This document shows, in pieces, positions 1 through 7,731 of a stretch of DNA of 28,750 nt (position 1 is the stretch's first letter; every line of letters starts with the position of its first letter). This stretch comes from Armatimonadia bacterium (GTDB lineage: Bacteria; Armatimonadota; Zipacnadia; Zipacnadales; UBA11051). The position numbers were made by a program, and so were the translations under genes. The stretch is from the NCBI GenBank assembly GCA_039683575.1, contig JBDKRC010000150.1, forward strand, positions 1 to 28,750. Direction: 5' to 3'. Below the pieces are notes generated by a model that was not told where the DNA came from, made no database searches, and was given only the letters and a program-made list of their open reading frames with translations.

Positions 1-688
1 CGAAGAAGGTGACGACGGCGTCGGCTTCAGGGCCGGGGTTGGTTTGTTTGAGGTGGACTGAGAGGTAGGACTTGCCGGTGTTGTCGGGTGTGGGGTAGAA
101 ATCCACGTCGTCGAAGTTGCCGAAGGCTTTCTTCTCGGTGAGTAGGCCGGCGGCGCGGACGACATCGTCGGTGACTTGCTCGGGCTTGGTCAGCCCGGCC
201 GGCAGGGCGAAGGGTGTGATGATATCGATTTGCTGCAGGCCGATGGAGAGGTTCCACTGCGGCGGGGCCCAGGAGACGGCGAGATAGTCCTGCCCCTTGA
301 CCTTCGTGTGGTCGACTATTGGCTCAGAAGTCTGGTAGACGACGCGGACGAGGTAGGTTTGACCGTTCTCGGTGCGCTGGCCGAGGGTGACGCCGTAGTC
401 ACCGCCGCCCCTCGAGGTGAGGGTGACGGGGAAGGACGCGCCCTGCGGGGTGCCGACGAAGCCGGTTGAGCTGATGATCTTGTGGGAAGGGGTGAGCTTG
501 CCGAGGTTCTTGATCTGGGTACGACCGGACTCCAGTTCCTTGAACTGAATGGTGTAGGTGATGCGGGCCTTGCCGTCGGACTGGATCACGACGCGGGAGG
601 TTGCCTGCTCGAGGTCCACAGGCTGGGCGAGGGCGGAGGTCAGGGCAAGAAGCAGCAGGGCAAGGACTGGGAGAGTTGATCTGGGCAT
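1..688 (-). CDS. Exported/membrane protein, DUF2207-like N-terminal domain (3' end runs off the window)
   Basis: Not in the ORF track because it has no stop inside the window. Manually translated from ATG 688 (GAGG about 8 nt upstream): MPRSTLPVLALLLLALTSALAQPVDLEQATSRVVIQSDGKARITYTIQF...YLAVSWAPPQWNLSI..., open to the left edge. Signal peptide ends ALA-Q. The 'VVIQSDGKARITYTI' start resembles DUF2207 proteins (inference). Confidence 0.75.
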   Translation of the reverse strand, partial: MPRSTLPVLALLLLALTSALAQPVDLEQATSRVVIQSDGKARITYTIQFKELESGRTQIKNLGKLTPSHKIISSTGFVGTPQGASFPVTLTSRGGGDYGVTLGQRTENGQTYLVRVVYQTSEPIVDHTKVKGQDYLAVSWAPPQWNLSIGLQQIDIITPFALPAGLTKPEQVTDDVVRAAGLLTEKKAFGNFDDVDFYPTPDNTGKSYLSVHLKQTNPGPEADAVVTFF

Positions 689-713
689 GACGGGACCTCG
701 GACGTGAGGCTGG

Positions 714-797
714 CGCCCCTTCGGGGCTCAAAACGATGGCGGCGGGCGTTCCAGGCCCTTGCGGACCTGGCTAGAGGCCGAACGGCCCTTCGGGCCT
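714..797. repeat. REP/REPIN-like palindrome cluster
   Basis: CGCCCCTTCGGGGCT (714-728), hairpin CCAGG-cccttgcgga-CCTGG (751-770) and CGGCCCTTCGGGCCT (783-797): two related TTCG-loop palindromes flanking a central hairpin in an intergenic gap. Confidence 0.55.
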
Positions 798-842
798 GAC
801 GGAAACGGAAAAGGCAACAGCAACGGCATGCGGGCAGGGATG

Positions 843-971
843 CCCTGCGACGCGGACGTCGCTTCGCGCTCCCGGCGAACGGCGATGCGAACTGCTGTGC
901 GGTGGTCGGTCGGCGATAACGACCGGCGGGGTACGAGGCCCCTGCGACGCGGACGTCGCTCCGCCCTACAG
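843..971. repeat. Two copies of a 21-bp palindromic REP-like unit
   Basis: CCCTGCGACGCGGACGTCGCT at 843-863 and 940-960, each containing hairpin GCGACG-cgga-CGTCGC. On the minus strand the second copy is preceded by GTAG(GGCGG), as in GTAG-family REPs. Confidence 0.6.
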
Positions 972-993
972 TGGAAGTGGGCACAACCGACCA

Positions 994-2037
994 CTAGGCG
1001 ACGGGTTTGCCGCACTCGGGGCAGAATTTGGCGTCTGCCGGGACTGGTTTGCCGCAGCTTGGGCAGAATTTGGGGCCTACAGGCGCGCCGCACTGGGGGC
1101 AGAATCTGGCTCCGGCTGGGACCGGATGGCCCTTAGGACAGGTACCTCCGGAGGCTGCCGCGGCTGGTTGCTGTTCCTGAGATGGGGCGAACGCGTCTCG
1201 CATGGCTCCGGCCATTGCTGCACCCATCCCTACTCCGGCTCCGATGCCAACTCCGGCTGCGGCGGCATCGCCTGCACCGCCGGTGGCCTCGGGCATCTTG
1301 CCAATGGCCTCGGCCGTGCGGTATTGCAGGAACTTGCGCAGGTCACCAGCAGCTTCCATCCCCGCCCGTTGGTCGATCATGGCCATGACTTCCTCGGGCG
1401 GGGTGATATCCGCGATGAGGAAGTCTATCAGCTGCAAGCCGTAGTTCTCGAAGTCCTCGCCGACGCGGGACTTGGTGGCGGCGGCGATCTCATCGTACTG
1501 GCTGGGCAGGTCCAGGATGGTCTTGAGGTGCGTGCCGAGGGTGTCGTTGAAGCGCGAGACGATGAAGTCCCGCAGCCACGACGTGACGCTCTCGGTGTCA
1601 TAGCGGCTTTCGGTGCCGACGACCTCATTGACGAAAAGCTGAGGGTCGGCCACGCGGCAGGTGAACGCGCCTTTCGCGCGGAGCCTGACCATCGCGAGTT
1701 CCGAGTCGCGAAAGATGATCGGTGAGGCAGTGCCCCACTTGAGGCCGGTGAAGGTGCGCATGTTGACGAAGTAGACCTCGGCCTGGAAGGGGGTCTCGCC
1801 GCCGAAGGGGATATTGATAATACGCTGCAGGAGCGGGATGTTGGCGGTCTCGAGGGTGTGGCGCCCGGGGCCGAGAACGTCGAGGGCCTTGCCATCCCGG
1901 AAGAAGACGGCGGCCTGGCTTTCGCGCACGGTGAGTTGGGCGCCGAGGCGGACGGTGCCGGGGCCGTAGGAGGGCCAGCGATGGACGATTTCGGTGCCGG
2001 AGACATCCTGCCATTCAATGACGTCGAGAAGATCCAT
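994..2037 (-). CDS. SPFH/band-7 (YdjI-like) protein with C-terminal double zinc ribbon
   Basis: GAQLTVRESQAAVFFRDGK, GPGRHTLETANIP, PFQAEVYFVN, KWGT..PI.FRD are typical of YdjI/SPFH-like proteins. Gly/Ala-rich GVGIGAGVGMG linker and terminal CPxCG...FCPxCG repeats. GAGGG upstream. Confidence 0.9.
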   Translation of the reverse strand: MDLLDVIEWQDVSGTEIVHRWPSYGPGTVRLGAQLTVRESQAAVFFRDGKALDVLGPGRHTLETANIPLLQRIINIPFGGETPFQAEVYFVNMRTFTGLKWGTASPIIFRDSELAMVRLRAKGAFTCRVADPQLFVNEVVGTESRYDTESVTSWLRDFIVSRFNDTLGTHLKTILDLPSQYDEIAAATKSRVGEDFENYGLQLIDFLIADITPPEEVMAMIDQRAGMEAAGDLRKFLQYRTAEAIGKMPEATGGAGDAAAAGVGIGAGVGMGAAMAGAMRDAFAPSQEQQPAAAASGGTCPKGHPVPAGARFCPQCGAPVGPKFCPSCGKPVPADAKFCPECGKPVA

Positions 2038-2083
2038 GGGAAGCCCTCGTTTATCGTTGATAGTAAAGGCAGAGGCGAACGGC

Positions 2084-2503
2084 CTATTCGTAGACGCGGA
2101 CCAGGCCGGGTGAGATTGGTTCGGCTACCAGACGGTTGACGGCGTGTTTGTCCCGGGTGAATATCACGTGAACGGCGTCACTGGCGTAGTGGCGGTACTT
2201 GGCCAGCCAGAAGTCGTGTTTGTCCGGCAGGGCCAGGGTGGCCATGGCCTCGCCCTGATGGACAAGAGGGAGGCCTATGCCCTGGTGGTCTATCTGAGGC
2301 TCGGACGGCATGGACTGGCAAGGCTCGCGGGTTGTTGTAACGTATTGCTCAGCGATCAGTCCGAGCGTGGTCTGGTTGCCGCCAGAGTCGTCCAGTTGCC
2401 ATAGGTACCAGGTCAGAGCGGGCGAGGAGTACTTGAGCTCCGAGACGACGTTGTAGACGCCCGAAGGGAGTTCGATTGCGTTGTTGAGGGTGGGGATGAG
2501 CAT
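2084..2503 (-). CDS. DUF4178-like hypothetical protein
   Basis: Pattern Y.VV..L.Y.....TW..W.L.D ... LVHQGEA....YRHY resembles DUF4178; context next to an SPFH gene fits. Confidence 0.55.
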   Translation of the reverse strand: MLIPTLNNAIELPSGVYNVVSELKYSSPALTWYLWQLDDSGGNQTTLGLIAEQYVTTTREPCQSMPSEPQIDHQGIGLPLVHQGEAMATLALPDKHDFWLAKYRHYASDAVHVIFTRDKHAVNRLVAEPISPGLVRVYE

Positions 2504-2576
2504 GGGTTGGTCGATGGCAATCGCCCGGCGGAGGCAAGCGTCCGCGCTGTGAGCGCTCCTGCAGGCAGCGGGCGGT

Positions 2577-3095
2577 CTAGGGCGTCAGATCGGCGGCTAC
2601 CTCGCTGCGCAGGTCTATCATACGGCTCAGTTCCTCCACCTCTTCGTCGAGGAGACGGAGGGTTTCGTCGAACTGCGCTTGCGCTGCCGTGGTCACTGTC
2701 GCGGCGGCCTCGTCTATCTTCGCGATGGTATCGCGCAAGGCGAGGTCATAGTCGTAGATGCGGTCGAGACCCTCGACGCCGATTTTGGCCGCGTCGAGGA
2801 AGCCGGCGTACCCGTACGGCGCGTGTTCCAGGCGGTCCTTGGCGCGGACCAGGCGACGGGTGAGACGGTCGAGGTCGGTAACTGGCTTGAAGTCACCGCG
2901 CGAGGATAGTTCGCTCTGGAAGCGGAAGAGGCGCTGACGCACCTGCTCGAGCATGGTGGCCAGATGATCGCGCAGGAGCTTGTCCGCACTGCGACGGATC
3001 TCCTGCTCGTGGTAGCCCTTGAAGCCCGGGATCTTGTCCATGAGCTTCTGCAGCGCGTTCTCGTCGTGACGGATGCGGTCGCGCAAATCGCCCAT
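2577..3095 (-). CDS. Conserved alpha-helical hypothetical protein (IPGFKGY...RRxADKLLR family)
   Basis: Start moved to ATG 3095, which follows a strong SD (AAAGGAG). Helical/coiled-coil composition with motifs KIPGFKGY, APYGYAGFLD, RIYDYD. Confidence 0.75.
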   Translation of the reverse strand: MGDLRDRIRHDENALQKLMDKIPGFKGYHEQEIRRSADKLLRDHLATMLEQVRQRLFRFQSELSSRGDFKPVTDLDRLTRRLVRAKDRLEHAPYGYAGFLDAAKIGVEGLDRIYDYDLALRDTIAKIDEAAATVTTAAQAQFDETLRLLDEEVEELSRMIDLRSEVAADLTP

Positions 3096-3209
3096 TCGGC
3101 CGCTCCTTTTGGGAATGTGGTACGGAAACATTCGACGATGGAGCGGCAGGCACCTGCATTCGGCAGAGCGCCCGGGAAGGGAGAACGGGGAATGCTAACG
3201 GCACACTAC

Positions 3210-3277
3210 CGTTTGTCATCCTGAGCAAAGCGAAGGATCTCCGCGAAGATCCTTCGCTTTGCTCAGGATGACAAACG
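3210..3277. repeat. Perfect 31-bp inverted repeat (GTCATCCTGAGC..GCGAAGGATCT-type REPIN)
   Basis: CGTTTGTCATCCTGAGCAAAGCGAAGGATCT (3210-3240), 6-nt spacer, exact reverse complement (3247-3277), in a divergent intergenic region. Confidence 0.85.
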
Positions 3278-3293
3278 CACCGCCTACGAGCCG

Positions 3294-3302
3294 TGCTATA
3301 AT
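3294..3302 (+). promoter_or_regulatory. Extended -10 promoter (TGcTATAAT)
   Basis: Perfect TATAAT with TG extension ending 12 nt before ATG 3315; no SD, so a very short leader. Confidence 0.6.
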
Positions 3303-3314
3303 CGGCCTATCACC

Positions 3315-5378
3315 ATGATCGCTTCTGTGCTGAGTATCATCGGATTGGTTTTGCTGGCGTTGCTGGGGCTCTATGGGCTCTGGCGCGGGATTGTGCGTGG
3401 GGGGAGAGGGGTGCGAGCCTCGGTTCTTGGGGGCCTCAGGCTTGCCAGCCTGGTGGTTGTGTTCCTGATGATAGTGAACCCCGTGCTGACGCGGAAAGCC
3501 GTGGTGGGGCATAGGCCGGGCTTGCTGCTGCTGGTGGATGCGTCGGCGAGTATGAGGTTGCCGGGGGTGAACGGGCGGACACGGTCTGATGAAGTGCGCG
3601 ATACATTGGCGGGGGATGGTGTTCAGAAGGCGCTGGCGGGGTTTGAAGTGACGCAGGCCCAGTTTGTGGAGGGCTTGGTAGCGCAGCCGGGTGAGACGGC
3701 AGGCCATGAGACGGACTTGGGGCTGGCTTTGCGGCAGGCGGCGGAGACCTTCTCTCGGGCAGAGCAGGTCGTTGTGATCAGCGACGGGGCTGAGACGCGG
3801 GGGGATATGGTGCGGGCGGTTTCAGAAACAGCCTTGCGGCCTGTGAGCGCGGTGGGTGTGGGGAGCGTACAGCCGCCGGCGGACCTGGGGCCGGTGATGG
3901 TTCAGGCGCCCCGCGTGGTGCGTGAGAATGAACCCTTTGATCTGACGGTGAGAGTGGGGGCGACGGGGATGACTGGCAAGGCGACGACGGAAGTGGTGAG
4001 TGACGGAAAGGTTGTGAAGGCGGCTAATGTAGCGCTGGGGAGGGAGACGGGGAAAGCCACTGTACGGATGCCGGGACTTCCGGCGGGGTTCCATGTGCTG
4101 ACAGCAAAGACTGCTGTACGGGCAGGGGAAGCGACGGCGGCGAACAACCAGCGCTCAGTAATGGTGGAGGCGCGGCGGGACAAGACCAGGGTCCTGTTCG
4201 TGGCCGGGGCTCCGAGTCCGGACTATGCGGCGCTCAAGCGTGTTCTGGGGAGCCTGCCAAAGACCGAATGCGATTTCTGGGTCCGGGTCACGAAGGGGGA
4301 GTACCTGCATGAGGCGGGCGGTAGCGTGACGAAAGAAGGACTGGACCTGGCGCGGGCGCTGAAGGGGCGGCAGGTTGTGGTGCTCATGGATGTGGAGGCG
4401 GGGGCATGGGGCAGCGCGCTGGAGAGGTTTGTGCTTGATGGGGGGACGTTGGGGGTGCTGGCGGGGAAGCGGACGGGGGCAGGCTTAGGTGGGATTTTGC
4501 CGGCAGGCGTGGGGGCGTACCGGGAGGTGCCGGTGGGATTGGGGGCGCCGGCGGGCCAGACCGGGTTGGGACAGGAACTCTTGCGGGCGACCGGGGCGCG
4601 ATGGTGGGCGGGGGCACCCTATCTGGCAGGGCAGGTGGCGACGACTGGGATGAAACCAGGGGCGGAAGTGGTTTTGCAGGGGAATGGCGGGGCCCCACTG
4701 CTGTTGACGCGGACGGTCGGGCAGGGGCGGACGCTGCTCTTGGCCGGGGACGGAACGCACCGGTGGGTGTTGTCGGCGGAGGCGGATGAGCAGAGCAAGC
4801 GGCTGCATGAGGTATTCTGGCAGGCGGTGGTGCGATGGCTGGGGAGCCCGCGGGGGGAGCGGCAGGTACTCTTGATGATGGACCCGCCGGTGGCGCAGTA
4901 CGGGCAGCCGGTGCGGGCGCTGGTGCAGGTCTCTCGAGGGCTGGAGGCGGCGACGGGAGCGCGGGTGACCGTGCTGGTGAAAGCGAAGGGTTCTGAGCAG
5001 AAGCTGGTGGCGGGGCCGACGGCGGTCGCAGGGAGGTATCAGGCGGCGCTGGCGGATCTGGCAGCAGGCGAGTATACCGTGCGGGCTGAGGCAGCGGGCT
5101 TAGGGAGCGACGAGAAGAAGCTGGTGGTGGAGCCGGGCGGGGCCGAAGTGGCGAGGCTGACGCTGCAGGAGGGACGGCTGCGGGCGCTGGCACGGGCTGG
5201 GGGAGGGGAGTACGCACGGTTGGGAGAGTTGGGACAGCTTCTGGAGCGGCTGCCGCGGGATGAAGTGCGGGCGCGGGAGGTCGTGACGACGCGGCCGCTG
5301 CGGACCTGGGTGTGGTTCCTGGTGGTGCTTGCGCTTTGTACGGCGGAGTGGGTGCTGCGGCGGAGATGGGGTTGGTAA
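3315..5378 (+). CDS. Membrane protein with VWA, Ig-like and glutamine amidotransferase-like domains
   Basis: Two N-terminal TM segments, MIDAS motif LLVDASASM and VVISDG, Ig/CARDB-like segment ending 'ANNQRS', RVLFVAG/GQGRTLLLAGDGTHRW, and a C-terminal TM ending EWVLRRRWG. Confidence 0.85.
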   Translation: MIASVLSIIGLVLLALLGLYGLWRGIVRGGRGVRASVLGGLRLASLVVVFLMIVNPVLTRKAVVGHRPGLLLLVDASASMRLPGVNGRTRSDEVRDTLAGDGVQKALAGFEVTQAQFVEGLVAQPGETAGHETDLGLALRQAAETFSRAEQVVVISDGAETRGDMVRAVSETALRPVSAVGVGSVQPPADLGPVMVQAPRVVRENEPFDLTVRVGATGMTGKATTEVVSDGKVVKAANVALGRETGKATVRMPGLPAGFHVLTAKTAVRAGEATAANNQRSVMVEARRDKTRVLFVAGAPSPDYAALKRVLGSLPKTECDFWVRVTKGEYLHEAGGSVTKEGLDLARALKGRQVVVLMDVEAGAWGSALERFVLDGGTLGVLAGKRTGAGLGGILPAGVGAYREVPVGLGAPAGQTGLGQELLRATGARWWAGAPYLAGQVATTGMKPGAEVVLQGNGGAPLLLTRTVGQGRTLLLAGDGTHRWVLSAEADEQSKRLHEVFWQAVVRWLGSPRGERQVLLMMDPPVAQYGQPVRALVQVSRGLEAATGARVTVLVKAKGSEQKLVAGPTAVAGRYQAALADLAAGEYTVRAEAAGLGSDEKKLVVEPGGAEVARLTLQEGRLRALARAGGGEYARLGELGQLLERLPRDEVRAREVVTTRPLRTWVWFLVVLALCTAEWVLRRRWGW

Positions 5379-5525
5379 TGGACGGGGAGGGTTTGTCAGG
5401 ATGGACAGGATCACGGCGGATGGGCAGGATGGGGGAGACGATGACGATATATTGTCTGGATTGATGGTTGATTGAGGTCCGTAGTGCGGTATACTTGTCT
5501 TGAATGATGTTCGGAGACGGGTTAC

Positions 5526-5972
5526 TTGAGGGGAGTGAGTGCCTTGCGTCTCTTTGTGATAGTGCTGCTGATGGTGACCGTGGGCGGGTGGGGGTACGCG
5601 CAAGATGATGAGGATTGGAATGAGATTCAGGGGTTGATGAACGGGCTGACAGGGGCCAACCAGCAACTGCTGAACCTTGGCGTGCAGGGCATGGGTGGGG
5701 GCGCCGGTGGGCTGACGCCGGGGTTCGTGGAGGGGCTGGCAGGTTGGTCCCAGACCTACGCGCGAGTGCTGCAGTCGGTGGATGGGGCCTTCGATGTGGA
5801 TGGAGTGCAGCAAGGGGCGTATGACCCGTTTGGTGTGAATGCGCCGAACCCGCTTTGGGAAGAGTTCAACCGGTGGCAGGGCGCGATGCAGAATCAGGGC
5901 GCTGGAGGCTATCAGGGCTATCGGAACTACCGGGGTTATCAGGGCAACGGAACGTACCGGCGATACCGGTAG
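5526..5972 (+). CDS. Secreted hypothetical protein, Gly/Gln/Tyr-rich
   Basis: Signal peptide (...GGWGYA-QD), GGAG upstream, candidate promoter TTGATT-N16-TATACT at 5468-5495. Start could be TTG 5526 or GTG 5535. Confidence 0.7.
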   Translation: MRGVSALRLFVIVLLMVTVGGWGYAQDDEDWNEIQGLMNGLTGANQQLLNLGVQGMGGGAGGLTPGFVEGLAGWSQTYARVLQSVDGAFDVDGVQQGAYDPFGVNAPNPLWEEFNRWQGAMQNQGAGGYQGYRNYRGYQGNGTYRRYR

Positions 5973-6083
5973 AGATAACCGTTCGTGATGTTGCGGCGCC
6001 TTCGTCTACGGATGAGGGCGCCGTTTTGGGTTCTGGGGGAGGTCTGGCCTGATCGAAGGTGGGGCAGTCGAGGAGTTCCCATC

Positions 6084-7133
6084 TCACGGTTGGGCGAGTT
6101 CGGAAGGGTCGCCATGGCACTCGCAGGCCCCGTCGCTGGCTTGGCTACTGGGGGGCCGACAAGCGAGCGTCCACCATGCGGCGGGCAGCAGCATGACGAT
6201 CACCTGCCAGTTCCGATGCGGCTCGCGGGCACACGCGAACACGTACGTCACTACGAGGTAGGCCAGAGCCGCAAGGGCCAAGCTGCGTAGCAGCGGACTC
6301 TTGCCACGCCAGCCGACGAGCGCCGCCACCACCAGCGGCACGAACGTGGCGAAGAAGAGCGCGATTGGGTGGTGGATGTTGCCGGTGCGGAGCATGTAGT
6401 ACGGATCCTGCAGGTTTTCATGGAGCCGCATGACCTCGCAGTACCGCGGTCGTGGGCCAACCCACAGGTGGGCCCCAACCTCGTACGCAATCGCGATCGC
6501 CGCGAGGCCTCCGAGTACCGGCAGCAGTTGCCGGCGTCGCGTGGGATCGAGCAGCATCAGTATGGCGGTGAACGCGATGATGACCACCCCATCCTCGCGG
6601 TTGGCCATCAGCAGGAAGAATGCCGGATAGAGCAGGGCACTGCGGCGGACCAGGGCCAGGACGCAGGCCGCCACCAGGATGCCCTGCATGATGCCGGTGG
6701 GATCCACCGCCCACGTGTTGAGGTTGATCGCAATGCCTAACAGCACGAACCCCAGGGCAAGTGGTGGTGCGAACCAAATCCTTCCCAACTGGTACAGTAC
6801 CGCGTACAGCAGGAACGTTAGCAGGAGCAGCAGCAGCGAGTGCGCCAGTGTTGCATCCCGCGACATGGACAGCCCGGCGTAGATGGCAGGCATGAGAACA
6901 CGGTACACGTTGGGGGCCCATTCGGAGGCTGTCGCCGCAGTGATCTGCGAGGGGGGAGGCTGACGGGTCGCCCAGGAATGCCACGTATCCAGGTAACCAC
7001 GGATGATCGCGGGGCCTTGAGCCATCGGCGGCTGTGAGAACAGGTACCCCACGCGATGCTGCCAATGCTCAGTGATGACCGCGAGACACAGGAACAGCAG
7101 CAGGATGAGTAGCCGATCCGCTTTTGAGTGCAT
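6084..7133 (-). CDS. Polytopic membrane protein, possibly GT-C glycosyltransferase-like
   Basis: About 9 hydrophobic segments, loop motif 'PNVYRVLMP' after TM1, 'ANRE' and late 'RE..R' polar motifs. ATG 7133 preferred over TTG 7142. Function is inference. Confidence 0.65.
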   Translation of the reverse strand: MHSKADRLLILLLFLCLAVITEHWQHRVGYLFSQPPMAQGPAIIRGYLDTWHSWATRQPPPSQITAATASEWAPNVYRVLMPAIYAGLSMSRDATLAHSLLLLLLTFLLYAVLYQLGRIWFAPPLALGFVLLGIAINLNTWAVDPTGIMQGILVAACVLALVRRSALLYPAFFLLMANREDGVVIIAFTAILMLLDPTRRRQLLPVLGGLAAIAIAYEVGAHLWVGPRPRYCEVMRLHENLQDPYYMLRTGNIHHPIALFFATFVPLVVAALVGWRGKSPLLRSLALAALAYLVVTYVFACAREPHRNWQVIVMLLPAAWWTLACRPPSSQASDGACECHGDPSELAQP

Positions 7134-7435
7134 GACGTGCAATTCCCCAGCAGTTTTGACTTTGCCGTGAATCGTGCATCGCGGACCCAGTCGAGTGCAG
7201 TCTTGAAGCTCTCCGGCATGCAGTCACCGTCCCGGCCACTGGCAGCAACAGGGATCGTTGCGGGTGTCCCCTCGTCATGTACACCCGAGCGTCTCGAGAC
7301 CTCTCACTGGCTCATACCTTCATGATGAGAACGCTCCTTCGCCTCCGCCGCTTCAGCGACCTGCTTGATCTGTAACCGCAGGTCAAGCTCCCAACCGAGT
7401 GCCGCTGCTGCAGGGCCGCAGGATGGGCCTGGCAC

Positions 7436-7702
7436 TTACCCTCCGTTGGCCTGACGGCGGTGGGATTCCAATAGTGCGCGGATGGCTTCGGGGAGGTAGA
7501 AGGGCTCGTAGTCGAGGTCGGCGAGGGCGGAGGCCAGACCTTCGATGCGGTCGGCCTGGGGCAGGGACTTGTCGAGGAGGACGATCATCTCGCCGTGCAG
7601 GACACAACGGCCTACGCGACCGCCGGTGGGTTCATAGCGGATCGTGACGCCGAGGCGCTCGGCGAGACGCTCAAGTTCAGCGAGCAGTTCGTCGGGATCC
7701 AT
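7436..7702 (-). CDS. Small conserved protein resembling the IrrE/ImmA N-terminal fold but lacking HExxH
   Basis: L.RLAERLGVTIRYE...GG..G.C.L.G...VLLDK.L....RIE.LA.AL. The usual LAHEL is LASAL here. ATG 7702. Confidence 0.7.
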   Translation of the reverse strand: MDPDELLAELERLAERLGVTIRYEPTGGRVGRCVLHGEMIVLLDKSLPQADRIEGLASALADLDYEPFYLPEAIRALLESHRRQANGG

Positions 7703-7731
7703 TGTCGCGACCACCTGCGCATGCTATCGGA

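Noticed and set aside
5395-5435. GGATGGACAGGAT / GGATGGGCAGGAT short repeat after the VWA gene
   Set aside because: Two short degenerate copies only; cannot be told apart from low-complexity G-rich sequence without a genome-wide count.
7304-7435. 43-codon minus-strand ORF (GTG right after the 7436 stop; ...ELDLRLQIKQVAEAAEAKE...)
   Set aside because: The SD-like GGAGGG is only 3 nt from the GTG and there is no recognisable motif; may be a gene remnant but cannot be supported.
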